A stretch of DNA of 64,000 bases from Opitutia bacterium (GCA_003142955.1 PLOH01000072.1:16539-80538); one strand, 5' to 3'. Counted from the first letter of the stretch, positions 47,696-57,836 are shown. Notes: generated from the sequence alone by a model not told the origin. Made by a program: numbers and translations.

Positions 47696-48784
47696 ATGGA
47701 ACGAAACATTTTCGAAAACCTGTTTGTCCTGGAGATGGCCAGCAACCACCTCGGCAAGCTGGAGCGCGGTCTCCAGATTGTGCGCGAGCACAGCCGGATC
47801 GTCCGTTTCAACAACGTCCGGGCTGCGATCAAGCTGCAGTTCCGGGATCTCGACAGCTTCGTGCACAAGGATTTTCGCGATCGCGAGGACACCCGCTACA
47901 TCCGGCGGGTGCTGGATACCCGGCTGGGCAAGGACGACTACGCCACGCTCGTGGAGGCGATCACCAAGAGCAACTGCATCCCGATGGCTACGCCGTTCGA
48001 CGAGAACTCCGTCGACTGGTGCGTGGAGTTCGGACTGCCTATCATCAAGATCGCCAGCGCGGACAGCAACGACTGGCTGCTCCTGGAGAAGATCGCGAGC
48101 ACCCGGAAGCCCTGCATCATCTCGTTCGGCGGCACGCCGCTGAAGGACATGGACGATGTGGTCACCTTTTTCGAGAACCGCAACATCCCCCTCGCCATCA
48201 ATCATTGCGTGGCCGCCTATCCCCACGAGGAAAACGAGGCGGAGCTGGAGCAGATCGATTATCTGCGTGACCGCTATCCCGGCCATACGATCGGCTATTC
48301 CTGCCATGAGTACCGCGACTGGACGATGTCGGTGGCGATCGCCTATGCCAAGGGAGCGCGAACGTTCGAGCGCCATATCGACATCGACAGCGACGGCGCC
48401 GAGGTCGCGCCCTATTCCTCGCGGCCCCGGCAGATCGACGACTGGTTCAAGGCTTTTCACCGGGCCGTGGCCTTCTGCGGCACCGCGAGGACGAATCGGA
48501 AGGTCCCGCTGGCCAAGGAAACCTCCTATCTCGATTCTTATGTGCGGGGCGCCTACGCCCGCCGCGACCTGATCCCAGGACAGATCTTGACCGAAAACGA
48601 CATCTATCTGGCCATCCCGCTGCAGAAGGGCCAGTTGTCCTGTCGGGAGTTGATGCTCGGCCGATTCGGCCACCGGATCGTCAAACCGGTGACCAAGGAC
48701 GCACCGCTGACGATCGACACGGTCGATACGCCCTATTCGCAGGACGAGCACCTACGGGCGTTGATCTACAGCCGAGGCCTGTGA
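47696..48784 (+). CDS. NeuB/PseI/SpsE-family PEP-dependent sugar aldolase (sialic-acid-synthase fold) with C-terminal SAF domain
   Basis: [45 protein letters not shown]. The C-terminal approx 60 aa is SAF-like. Confidence 0.85.
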   Translation: MERNIFENLFVLEMASNHLGKLERGLQIVREHSRIVRFNNVRAAIKLQFRDLDSFVHKDFRDREDTRYIRRVLDTRLGKDDYATLVEAITKSNCIPMATPFDENSVDWCVEFGLPIIKIASADSNDWLLLEKIASTRKPCIISFGGTPLKDMDDVVTFFENRNIPLAINHCVAAYPHEENEAELEQIDYLRDRYPGHTIGYSCHEYRDWTMSVAIAYAKGARTFERHIDIDSDGAEVAPYSSRPRQIDDWFKAFHRAVAFCGTARTNRKVPLAKETSYLDSYVRGAYARRDLIPGQILTENDIYLAIPLQKGQLSCRELMLGRFGHRIVKPVTKDAPLTIDTVDTPYSQDEHLRALIYSRGL

Positions 48785-48823
48785 ATTTCCGCCGCGCCGC
48801 CGCAGCCTGCCGCTCGATTCTCC

Positions 48824-49753
48824 ATGAAAAAGATCTCCGTAGTCAGCGGATGCTACAATGAGGAGGCCAACCTTGAGGAACTCGTGGGGCGCGTGTTGGC
48901 GGTCGCCGCAAAATACCCGACGTACGAATGGGAGCATATCATCATCGACAATTGTTCCACCGACCGCTCGGCGGACGTGCTGCGCAGCCTGGCCGGGTGC
49001 GACCGGCGCATCAAAGTGATCTTCAATGTCCGCAACTTTGGCCACATCCGGTCGCCGTATCATGCCATGCTGCAGGCGCACGGCGATGCGGTGATCTACC
49101 TGGCCTCGGACCTCCAAGATCCCCCCGAGCTCATCGAGCAGTTCATTCCCAAGTGGGAGGAGGGCTGGAAGGTCGTGGCCGCGATCAAAGATCACAGCGA
49201 GGAATCCTCGTTGTTCTTCCTGGTCCGGAGCGCCTACTACCGGCTCATTGCCCTCCTGGCGGAGACGGAGCTGTTGAAGAACTTCACCGGATTTGGCCTC
49301 TACGACCAGGCGGTCATCGAGCACCTGCGCGCCTTCGATGACCCCTATCCCTATCACCGTGGCCAGATCTCCGAACTGGGCTATCCCGTGGCGCGCGTCG
49401 CCTTCACCCAGCCGCAGCGCAAACGCGGTGTCACGAAGAGCAATTTCTTCACGCTGTATGACCTGGCGATGCTCGGTTTCACCAACCACTCCAAGGTCCC
49501 GCTGCGACTGGCCACCTTCCTGGGTTTCGCCTGCGCGCTGCTCTCGTTTTTGGCCGGCTCGGTCTACCTGGTGCTCAAGCTCCTGTTCTGGCGGGAGTTT
49601 CCCATCGGGCAGGCTCCGGTTGTGGTCGGGCTCTTTTTTCTGGGATCGGTGCAGTTGCTGTTCATCGGCGTCCTCGGTGAATACATCGGCGCGATCTATA
49701 CCAAGGTCTCCAAGCGCCCCTTGGTGGTGGAGCGCGAGCGGATCAATTTCTGA
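48824..49753 (+). CDS. GT2 polyprenyl-phosphate glycosyltransferase, copy 3
   Basis: KISVVSGCYNEEANL, IYLASDLQDPPE, two C-terminal TM helices. Confidence 0.88.
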   Translation: MKKISVVSGCYNEEANLEELVGRVLAVAAKYPTYEWEHIIIDNCSTDRSADVLRSLAGCDRRIKVIFNVRNFGHIRSPYHAMLQAHGDAVIYLASDLQDPPELIEQFIPKWEEGWKVVAAIKDHSEESSLFFLVRSAYYRLIALLAETELLKNFTGFGLYDQAVIEHLRAFDDPYPYHRGQISELGYPVARVAFTQPQRKRGVTKSNFFTLYDLAMLGFTNHSKVPLRLATFLGFACALLSFLAGSVYLVLKLLFWREFPIGQAPVVVGLFFLGSVQLLFIGVLGEYIGAIYTKVSKRPLVVERERINF

Positions 49754-49852
49754 CGCCGGTCGCGGCGACGTCTGGGCGATCCGGGCTCGCCATTCCGCAC
49801 CGGAATTGTCATTGATCCTTTCCGACCCCGAGCCGGACTTGTTCCTGCAATC

Positions 49853-51433
49853 ATGAGCCTATTCTCACTCGGAAAGACCAATCCCGCGACTGAGACCAGC
49901 CGGCTTCGTCTCTCGGTTTCGCTCACCCTGGTGTTTCTGGTCCTGGCTGGAATTGGCGCCTGGCGGCATGAACTCTGGCGGGATGAGATGCAGGCGTGGC
50001 TCAACGTCCGGGATGCGCCGAACCTCTCGGCGTTGCTCGAGGAGGTTCACTACAACGGGGCGCCCTCCCTTTGGTACTTGTTGTTGCGACCGCTGGCGCT
50101 GCTGACCTTCCGGCCGGAGGCGATGCAGATCCTGACGTGGATTCTCGCGGGCGCCACGGTTTTCGTCTTCGTGCATTTCGCTCCGTTCAACCGTCTGCAA
50201 AAGGCGCTGCTCGTCTGCAACTATTACCTCTTGTTCGAGTACGGGATTGTCTGCCGGAACTACCTGCCCGGGATCCTGGGCCTGGGCATCGCCTGCGTAC
50301 TCTTTCCGCGGGCGGAAGAACGGCCCTGGCCGTTCATTGCCGCGCTCCTTGCCGCCGCCTTGGCCAGTGTCCACAGCCTGATCGTGGCCGTGGCGCTGGC
50401 CGGCGGATTCTGGGCGCCCCGCTGTTTTCGCTGGGGCCCGCCGAAGGACGCCGGCGCCGGTTCCGCCCGCTTTCAGGCAGGGCCGCTGCTCTGCTTCGCA
50501 GGCGGGCTTGCCTATGCGGTCTATTCGATGCTCCCGCGGGCCGACACCCTCTACCCGCAGACGGACGGGTGGATCCTGGATTGGGTTCCGATCCGGCTTG
50601 CGAGAGTGGCCTCGGCCGTCGTCAATTCGTGTTTCACCTGGCCTCGGCCGGCGGGGTTTTCCCGGATCCCTCCGTGGGACACTCCGACGTTTTCCATTGA
50701 GAACGGGCAGATCTTCATCTGGGCGCTGCTGCTTTTTGTGCTGTCCGTCCTCTTCTTCAAACGTCATGCGGGGGCATTGGTTCTCTATGTCGTGGGAACG
50801 GTCGGCGTCGCTGCTTTCTTCTATGTCAAATACATCGGCGCCGCGCGGCACGCGGGCTTGCTGTTCTTCACGTTTTTATTCGCCCAGTGGATCAAACAGG
50901 CGTCGCGGCCCCGGCCTTCCCCCGGTTCATCCGCGGTGTTCGACCGGTGGGCCTCTGTGGTGCTCACAGCGATGCTGGCGGCCCAGGCGGTGACCGGGGT
51001 CTGGGCGCTGAAGGAGGATTTCAACCAGCGGTTTTCCTGTGGAAAGGCGGCGGCGCAGATTCTGCAGGAGCGCCACCTCGACCGCGGGTTCATCGCGGTC
51101 GCTCCGGACTGGGCGGGTGCCCCGCTGGCGGGATATCTGAATCGCTCGCTCTACTATCCCAACGCGCGAGGGTATGGTCGCGCCACCCACTGGGACAAAC
51201 GGCGGACCGAGTTCCTGGAGGACGATGAGATTATGCGCCGAACCATCGAGGAGGCCAATGGCCAGGCCTTCGTCATTTCGTTCGAGCATCCATTGGCGAA
51301 AGAGTTCACCGAAAAATACGGCTTGGAAACGGTGGCCGACGTGGTTGGGTCCATGACGCCGTTCGAAGACTACCACCTCTTCTACCGGCCGGGGAAGGCG
51401 GCAGCAGGCGCGAGTCCGGAGTCGACGCATTGA
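49853..51433 (+). CDS. polytopic membrane protein, GT-C-like glycosyltransferase candidate
   Basis: 526 aa, more than 10 TM helices. Acidic first-loop motif WRHELWRDEMQAWL. Soluble C-terminal approx 130 aa. Follows a polyprenyl-P GT2. Confidence 0.7.
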   Translation: MSLFSLGKTNPATETSRLRLSVSLTLVFLVLAGIGAWRHELWRDEMQAWLNVRDAPNLSALLEEVHYNGAPSLWYLLLRPLALLTFRPEAMQILTWILAGATVFVFVHFAPFNRLQKALLVCNYYLLFEYGIVCRNYLPGILGLGIACVLFPRAEERPWPFIAALLAAALASVHSLIVAVALAGGFWAPRCFRWGPPKDAGAGSARFQAGPLLCFAGGLAYAVYSMLPRADTLYPQTDGWILDWVPIRLARVASAVVNSCFTWPRPAGFSRIPPWDTPTFSIENGQIFIWALLLFVLSVLFFKRHAGALVLYVVGTVGVAAFFYVKYIGAARHAGLLFFTFLFAQWIKQASRPRPSPGSSAVFDRWASVVLTAMLAAQAVTGVWALKEDFNQRFSCGKAAAQILQERHLDRGFIAVAPDWAGAPLAGYLNRSLYYPNARGYGRATHWDKRRTEFLEDDEIMRRTIEEANGQAFVISFEHPLAKEFTEKYGLETVADVVGSMTPFEDYHLFYRPGKAAAGASPESTH

Positions 51434-51506
51434 TCTGCGCTTCTGCGGTGAGCGGATTCCGGCTGGCCGCTGTAGCCCGAGCAGGGGACCGGGGGGGATG
51501 CGCCCA

Positions 51507-53468
51507 TCATCTGGGCAGCTCAGTGCGGCCGTCCAGCACCGCGGCATCCGCCCAATCTGCCTGATCCCAACCAACCCCGTCACCAGCGTCCCCGACCGCG
51601 AGCTTAAGCTCAGTCACTCCGGTGACGTCAATCTTGAGCTTTTCAATCGGGGTTCCCCATAGCATCACCGGCGTCTGGTGGCGCAGTTGCCCGTCCGTAT
51701 AAACGGAGAAGATCACGCTGCCTGGCTGGCCATGGGCATTGTCGTCAAGTCCGACGTCCGCGGTAAACCATTTGTAGTGTCCGCCAAGGGAGAAGGTGAT
51801 CTCCGAGATCGCGTGGGTCCCGATCCCGCGCCGATAGGTGACCCCTTGGAGCCGGATCGGTTTGCCAACGATTGACTGGTCCCACTGGGGCGGGGCGCCA
51901 AGCGACTGCGTGGCGCGTAACGGGTTGTCATCACTCAAATAGTGCGAGGTCTCCTCCGCTCGCCTCGGTTTCAGCTGGTAGATCATCGGGGTCGACTCGG
52001 GCGCGGGAAGCATGGTCACCAGCTTGAGTCTCCGCCGATCCACCATGGGGAAGTTCCCCTGGAAGGCGGGCCAGATCGTGTGCACGAGCAGGAAGTCGCC
52101 TGGTTGAGCCCGGTCCCAGAAATTGATATCGGCCAGCGTGCCGAATCCCGGGCGCCCGGCGTGCTGGTGGACCGGGTCGGCAAAGGCGTAGGCAAAGCGC
52201 AGGTCGAGTTCATTCTGGGTCGAGGCGTCGACCCACAGATGGGCGTCGTGATGGTGCTGCAGCCAGTCGACCACCGCCGGCATGTAGTCCCGGCCGTCCA
52301 CATATTCACGGTGATTGGCCATCGCGACGCGCACGAGCATGATTGCCATCACCGCCATCAATCCAGCGATGACACCCTTCAGAATCCGGGAACGCGCCGC
52401 CAGGATCCACTCTCCGGCGAAGGCGATCACGGTGGCCGTCGGCACACTGATCAAGGCGAAGTACCGCGGTTCCTTGTGGTAGGGCAGGTAAGCCTGCCAG
52501 TTCATGCTGCCGAACTCGATCCAGAGCAAAACGCCGAGCACAAAGCAGGCCGCCGGCCGGCCGCGATTGCCGGCGAAGAAACAAAACGGAAGGGAGGCGA
52601 TGAGCAGCCACATGTACGGGCCGTAATAGGGATAGTGATTCGGGTAAGGCCCGAAGCCCGTTGTCTCAGTGCGAAGGCCCAGAAACACCTGGGGCAGGTA
52701 ACGAAAGCTCGTCGATACGTCGCCGACGCCTTCCCCTTTGTCCGCCTGCACCTTGAACCAGACGATCGAGGTATGAAAGCGGGCGAGCCAGTCACCGGTG
52801 AGATGCTTCAGCACCGCCGCGTCGACCAGCATGACCGTGAAAAACCCCAGCCCGACGATGGCATATTCCCAGGGGAACCGGCGCTCAAAAATCATGTCCG
52901 TCAGGGCCACCAAGAAGATCCCCCAGGCGAAGATGAAGCCCCATTCCTTGGTGATCGCGGAGAATCCCCAGATCAATCCGGCGGTCGCCCCGAGGATCAG
53001 CCGCCGCGCCCCGACCGCCTGGCGGAACAGAAGAAGCGTCAGGAGCAACGCGCCGCCATAAAACGACATCTCAATGTCCCCCCGGATGGTCGAAGACACC
53101 ATCCAGTCGATTGGATTCAGCACCAGGGCCGCGCAGCCGACTGCCGCGGCGCCGATGGACAGGCCCAACGTCCGGATCGAGGCATAAGCCAGCGGGACTG
53201 CGGCCAGTCCGTAGAGAAACGGGGGCAACAACGCGCTCCAATAGGAGACGCCGAAGACTTTTAGCGACAGCGCGATGGGGCCCCACATCCCGAACCGGAT
53301 CCCCCACATCGAATGGAGCAGCTCATAGTTATTGTCATTAAAAAAATTCCTTATATAGAATAGATAGACCCAGTCGTCGTGACCGTACAATCCTGAGAAC
53401 AACGTCAGCCGCAAGGCGGCCGCGAGGAGCAGGAAGGTGACGGGGACCAGGATCTCTTTCCTGTGCAT
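51507..53468 (-). CDS. GT-C (GT39/ArnT-PMT-like) membrane glycosyltransferase fused to a C-terminal NPCBM carbohydrate-binding module
   Basis: N-terminal approx 500 aa is polytopic, with GLYGHDDWVYLF in the first loop. The C-terminal approx 150 aa (DNA approx 51507-51960) reads YLSD..GIGTHAISEITFSLGGHYKWFTADVGLDD...GSVIFSVYTDG...LKLAVGDAGDGVGWDQADWADAAVL, the NPCBM/NEW2 pattern. Confidence 0.8.
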   Translation of the reverse strand: MHRKEILVPVTFLLLAAALRLTLFSGLYGHDDWVYLFYIRNFFNDNNYELLHSMWGIRFGMWGPIALSLKVFGVSYWSALLPPFLYGLAAVPLAYASIRTLGLSIGAAAVGCAALVLNPIDWMVSSTIRGDIEMSFYGGALLLTLLLFRQAVGARRLILGATAGLIWGFSAITKEWGFIFAWGIFLVALTDMIFERRFPWEYAIVGLGFFTVMLVDAAVLKHLTGDWLARFHTSIVWFKVQADKGEGVGDVSTSFRYLPQVFLGLRTETTGFGPYPNHYPYYGPYMWLLIASLPFCFFAGNRGRPAACFVLGVLLWIEFGSMNWQAYLPYHKEPRYFALISVPTATVIAFAGEWILAARSRILKGVIAGLMAVMAIMLVRVAMANHREYVDGRDYMPAVVDWLQHHHDAHLWVDASTQNELDLRFAYAFADPVHQHAGRPGFGTLADINFWDRAQPGDFLLVHTIWPAFQGNFPMVDRRRLKLVTMLPAPESTPMIYQLKPRRAEETSHYLSDDNPLRATQSLGAPPQWDQSIVGKPIRLQGVTYRRGIGTHAISEITFSLGGHYKWFTADVGLDDNAHGQPGSVIFSVYTDGQLRHQTPVMLWGTPIEKLKIDVTGVTELKLAVGDAGDGVGWDQADWADAAVLDGRTELPR

Positions 53469-53488
53469 GGCGGCGAAAGCGATGCGGG

Positions 53489-56032
53489 CTATTTGCTACG
53501 CAGAAGCTTGGCCCCAGCCCAGTCCGCATGATCGCAGTGAATGCCGTCCCCGGCATCGGTCACGACCAGCTTCAGCGTGGTGACATCGGAAACGTCGATC
53601 TTGATGCTATCCGGGGGATCACCGGCCCGCATTACTTTAGATTCGTAGACTTTGCGATCGTCGACCCAAACCTCGAAGACCACGGTTCCGATTCCGCCCA
53701 GTTGGGTGTCGTCCACTCCGAGATCCGATTCAAAAACCGCATAGTGACGGTCGAGGTTGAACGTGATCTCCGAGGGAGCATGGGTGCCCAAGCCGAATGG
53801 ATAGGTCTGCTTCGCTAGGCTTAAGGTCGTTAGGTCGAAAGATTTGTCGATCTTGAGGGTGCCATAACCCTGTTGCACCGAGGTGGGACTTAGCTCGCTT
53901 AGCCAGACGGCAGGCCGGGAGGTTTCAACTTCCCGGTCTCGCCGAATGGCCTCGGCGCTTTGTTCACCCACTTCGTAGATAGAGTAACGGACTCCGAGGC
54001 AGTCTTGGTCGAAGGAAGTCTTGAACCGGCGTCCCATGGTGGCGCGATCCACATGATAGAGTCCCTCTTCCGCCGGGCCGACGAAGATATGCGTGACTTT
54101 GCATTTTGTGATCAAGGCAGGGTCGGCCTCCCGGTAGGCCCGGGCGACCAGCGCTTCCGTCGCCTCGTCGCCAAACCCCGTTTCGCGGGTATAGGACCCA
54201 TTGACCACCCGCCGGCCAGCGAAGGCTGGAACAAGGTGCACGGTCGAGTTGGCGGTCAGGAACACCGCGTCTTTTTGCGTGTTGAGCCTGATCCACTCGG
54301 CCACCAGTCGGTCGCCGGCGCTGAACAGCCGCTCCGGTTCCCGTCCGTACCGCCCGATCCACTCGCTGGCCGTCGGAACGACCGCACCAACGGAGACGAG
54401 CAGGCCTGCGACAATCCTCCATGATCGGGACCCCTGCCAAAGAAACGCCAGAAGACGGCCGCTGTAGATGCAGAGCGCGAGATCGAAATAGAGAAAGAAC
54501 TTGTTACTGTCTCCCCAGTTCGGGGTGAACCGGTAGACATTGATTACCAGGAAAAAGAAGCCCGTCACCCCCAACAGGGCAAGCAGGGCGATTTCTCCCC
54601 GCCGGCCCGATTTGGCCTCGCGCGGCGGCAGACGGAAGGAAATGAGCACCGCGATCAGTCCGAGGACCAGCGGAACGCCGCCCGCCCGGACCCAAAACCA
54701 GCACCGTTGAAGATGCAGAAAGCGGGGGATTTCCGGCAGGGCCCCGAGTTGTTTTGCGACGTCGAACCCGGAGAATCCGCGAGTCTTTTCCTGGGAAAGA
54801 ATAAAGCCGAGCTGCAACCCGACCACCACCCCGGCGAGAAGCATCGCGATAATCTTGAGCGGCGCATGGGACGGGGGAAACTCACTCCCGGAAGGAAGCG
54901 GCTTTTCCGCCGAGGCGGGTTTGGCAGCCGAGGGGAGGGGAGTGCCATCGCTGATGGTCATGCGGATGAGGCGGGCGACAAACCCGTCGCGCCCGGTTGC
55001 CGCCCGCCAGGGTGGTGCGGGTTCGAACAGCACCACCAATCCGACCAGCGGACCGATGGTGAGGAAAGTGTGCATATGAAACAGAGGGAGAAACGCCACC
55101 ACGCCCAAGAGGAGGTAGGTGGTTCGATCCGTCGGCGTCTGTCCGCTAAACCGCCGGTAGAGGACGGTGAGCACGAGCATCGCCAGGGGAAACCCGAAGA
55201 GAAACGGAAGTTGCGGCTGGAAATAATCGATGACGACGTTCAGGAAATTGTAGTAGGGATAGGCGATGTGATCGGCGAAGCTGCTCCAGGAATGGAGCGA
55301 CAGCGGCACGCTTCCGACGGGATAGCCAGCGAGGCTGAAAAGAAGATTCACCACGCCGACATGGCCGAAGAAAAAAAGCAGACCGGCGAACGTCGTTGCG
55401 GTCCGGCTCTTCAGCACGGAGAAGAGCCCATGGAAGGTCAGCGAGCACAGCGCGAAGGCCAACAGCACCATGGGGATCTTGAAGGCATAGAAGAGAGAAA
55501 AGCCTCCCCGGCACAGGATGGCCGAAAAGAAATCAGCCATGAAGTGGTAGCTGAGCTTGGCGGCCGCGGATTGCGGATTGAGCGGCGGGAAAGTGGTTTG
55601 TTCCAGAAACGCCGAGGCCGTGCTCATATGAAAGGCGAGGTCCCGGGTATTGCCGCGAAACCAGATGTTGCCGTCGGGGTCCGTCCACACGCAGACGGCG
55701 AAATAGGCCGTGATCAAAACGGTGGGGACAACGCTGGCCTTCCAGAATTTCCGGTCAAAGACGAGCAGCGAGGCGAACCAGCGGGCGTTCCGTTGTCTGA
55801 AGCGATACGCCAGGGCATTGAGGGCGAGCATCAAGGCGGTGCCGATGGCCACCGTGTCGACGCTGAAGCCGAAGGCCCAGGCCAGCAGGAACACAATCCA
55901 AGAGCCCCAGAAGCAGCCGAGCACAATTGCGGCGCCTAGGCGCACCAGAAAATCGCCCTGACTCAGGGAGAATTCTTCGTCGGTGACGAAACCGAACCAT
56001 ATCACGGAGAGCAAGAATATGGCACTAAGCAT
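53489..56032 (-). CDS. large GT-C-superfamily-like membrane protein (DUF2298/YYY-like loop) fused to a C-terminal NPCBM module
   Basis: 847 aa. Loop FPPLNPQSAAAKLSYHFMADF. The C-terminus (DNA approx 53489-53950) reads WLSEL..GLGTHAPSEITFNLDRHYAVFESDLGVDD...GTVVFEVWVDD...LKLVVTDAGDGIHCDHADWAGAKLL. Confidence 0.75.
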   Translation of the reverse strand: MLSAIFLLSVIWFGFVTDEEFSLSQGDFLVRLGAAIVLGCFWGSWIVFLLAWAFGFSVDTVAIGTALMLALNALAYRFRQRNARWFASLLVFDRKFWKASVVPTVLITAYFAVCVWTDPDGNIWFRGNTRDLAFHMSTASAFLEQTTFPPLNPQSAAAKLSYHFMADFFSAILCRGGFSLFYAFKIPMVLLAFALCSLTFHGLFSVLKSRTATTFAGLLFFFGHVGVVNLLFSLAGYPVGSVPLSLHSWSSFADHIAYPYYNFLNVVIDYFQPQLPFLFGFPLAMLVLTVLYRRFSGQTPTDRTTYLLLGVVAFLPLFHMHTFLTIGPLVGLVVLFEPAPPWRAATGRDGFVARLIRMTISDGTPLPSAAKPASAEKPLPSGSEFPPSHAPLKIIAMLLAGVVVGLQLGFILSQEKTRGFSGFDVAKQLGALPEIPRFLHLQRCWFWVRAGGVPLVLGLIAVLISFRLPPREAKSGRRGEIALLALLGVTGFFFLVINVYRFTPNWGDSNKFFLYFDLALCIYSGRLLAFLWQGSRSWRIVAGLLVSVGAVVPTASEWIGRYGREPERLFSAGDRLVAEWIRLNTQKDAVFLTANSTVHLVPAFAGRRVVNGSYTRETGFGDEATEALVARAYREADPALITKCKVTHIFVGPAEEGLYHVDRATMGRRFKTSFDQDCLGVRYSIYEVGEQSAEAIRRDREVETSRPAVWLSELSPTSVQQGYGTLKIDKSFDLTTLSLAKQTYPFGLGTHAPSEITFNLDRHYAVFESDLGVDDTQLGGIGTVVFEVWVDDRKVYESKVMRAGDPPDSIKIDVSDVTTLKLVVTDAGDGIHCDHADWAGAKLLRSK

Positions 56033-56131
56033 GAGTTTTCCTGTGGCTTAAGGTGAGAGGAGGAGAAAGGGCTGGGAATGCGCGGTGGGAGTCTTTTGGC
56101 CGATCATGATCAACGGAAGCTCGCGGCAGGC

Positions 56132-57760
56132 TTATTGGCTCATGCGAAACAAGGTCGCCTTCGAGCGCGGGCCGGCAAACTCGGCGACCCGTTCCCATTT
56201 CTCAGGAGTATAGCGGGATTCCAGAATGTTGATGCACATCGGGGTGATCAGAATCAGGTCTCCCGGCTTGGCCTGATCCAGGAAGATAACCTCCTGGATG
56301 GCGCCGTATCTCGGCATGCCGCGATCCTGGTGCGCGGGATCCGCAAATCGATAGCCAAACCGCAAGTCGAGATCCTGTTGGATGGAGCCGGTGGCCCACA
56401 TCCGCGTTTCCGGATGGGCTTTCAGCCAGAGGGTGAGCTCAGGCAGGAAATCCCGTCCGTCACTATAAATGAGATGCTCAGAATGCAGGACGAACCCGAT
56501 GCTGCCGGCCAAGGCGAGTAGCGCACCGGCGAGCAACGCCCGGCCCCGCGGTCGAAGCCGTTGCCACATGAAATCCAGCAGCCACCCGATGAGGCAGGCA
56601 ATGGGAACGCTTAAGATGGTCAGATAACGCGGTTCCTTATGATACGGGATATAGATGCTCGTGCTCATCGAACCGAACTCGATCCACAGCAGGGTTCCGA
56701 TGACGAAGAAAAGAAGGCTGGACCAGGCCGATCTTCGCCCCCAGAGGTGCTGCCAGATCCCCCAACCTAGGGCTCCCAAAAACAGGTAGAAGTACCAACC
56801 AAAGATCGGATATCCGTTCGCGAAGCGTTGATTTGCGGAGAGATTGTTTGAAAGGTTGAGGAAAAGGCTCGGCAGATAGCCGTAGCTGAGGCTGAGGTCG
56901 TTGGCATAGCCTCCCGTCAGGCGAGCGCGTTCAAACCACCCGATGGACTGCTGAAGACGTTGCTGGAAAACGCCGGTGGTGAGATACAAGAAGAAACCGT
57001 CTGCGGCCAGCACCGCCAAAAAACCCAGGAACACCCAGGCATAGACCCAGGGAATCCTGCGCTCACGCAGACACAGCCAGAGAATGACCGTGAGGAATCC
57101 CCAGGCATAGACGTAGGCCCATTCCTTGTTCAGCGCACCCAGGCCCCAGGCGATACCGGTCGCGCCAGCCAGTAGGACCCGGCGGACGGATTTCGACGGC
57201 GGGGTAGTCTCGATCAGGACCAGGCCCAAGACCACCAACCCCCCGTAACAGGACATCTCGATATCTCCGCGAATCGTGGTGGATACAAACCAGTCGATCG
57301 GGTTGATGGCCAGGGCCAAGGTAGCCCAGCGGGCGACGCGAGTCTCCCGACTGATCCGGAAGGCGATCCCGTAGGCCAACGGAATGGAGGCCAATCCCAT
57401 GATGAAGCCGGGGGCGAAGGCCAGCCAGTAATGAACGCCAAAGAGCTTGAACAGGATCGCGATCGGCAGCCAGACCCCCCACCGCAGGCCCCAGAGGCTG
57501 CTGAGAAGATCTTGAGTCGATCCGTTAAGAAAATTCCGGATGTGAAAAAGATACATCCAGTCGTCATGGCCATGAAGTCCGTTGAAGATCCAAAGGCGCA
57601 ACGCACAACTCAAGGCGACGACCGCCAGCAGCCACGCCACGGTGGAGGCTTGCGGCGGAGCTTGAGGAGCGGCGTTTGCGCCACGGGCGCCGCGCCGTTC
57701 GACCTTGGGCCCCGCTGAGGCTGGGATGGGTTTTGGATCCACAGGAACGCTGGTTACCAT
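56132..57760 (-). CDS. GT-C (GT39-like) membrane glycosyltransferase, paralog of 51507..53468 without NPCBM
   Basis: An internal ATG (MVTSVPVD...) is chosen because the 57898 start would overlap the upstream gene by 62 nt. Colinear similarity to the 51507 protein: LRLWIFNGLHGHDDWMYLFHIRNF vs LRLTLFSGLYGHDDWVYLFYIRNF; INPIDWFVSTTIRGDIEMS vs LNPIDWMVSSTIRGDIEMS. Confidence 0.78.
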   Translation of the reverse strand: MVTSVPVDPKPIPASAGPKVERRGARGANAAPQAPPQASTVAWLLAVVALSCALRLWIFNGLHGHDDWMYLFHIRNFLNGSTQDLLSSLWGLRWGVWLPIAILFKLFGVHYWLAFAPGFIMGLASIPLAYGIAFRISRETRVARWATLALAINPIDWFVSTTIRGDIEMSCYGGLVVLGLVLIETTPPSKSVRRVLLAGATGIAWGLGALNKEWAYVYAWGFLTVILWLCLRERRIPWVYAWVFLGFLAVLAADGFFLYLTTGVFQQRLQQSIGWFERARLTGGYANDLSLSYGYLPSLFLNLSNNLSANQRFANGYPIFGWYFYLFLGALGWGIWQHLWGRRSAWSSLLFFVIGTLLWIEFGSMSTSIYIPYHKEPRYLTILSVPIACLIGWLLDFMWQRLRPRGRALLAGALLALAGSIGFVLHSEHLIYSDGRDFLPELTLWLKAHPETRMWATGSIQQDLDLRFGYRFADPAHQDRGMPRYGAIQEVIFLDQAKPGDLILITPMCINILESRYTPEKWERVAEFAGPRSKATLFRMSQ

Positions 57761-57836
57761 TGTCTCCCTCTGCAGACGTCCGCCGCACCTCGCAAGTGGC
57801 TGGCGAAGGAGATCGCATGCGTTCGCAAATCGGTGG

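Noticed and set aside
31341-55939. Many other long antisense or out-of-frame ORFs: 31341..32465(-), 33465..34460(-), 37325..38266(-), 39570..40829(-), 42666..44063(-), 44359..45684(-), 47663..48751(-), 49865..50851(-), 51942..53264(+), 54707..55939(+)
   Set aside because: Each fully overlaps a gene with clear family motifs on the other strand or in another frame. Their translations are Arg/Pro/Gly-rich with no motifs. They are a high-GC codon-bias artefact.
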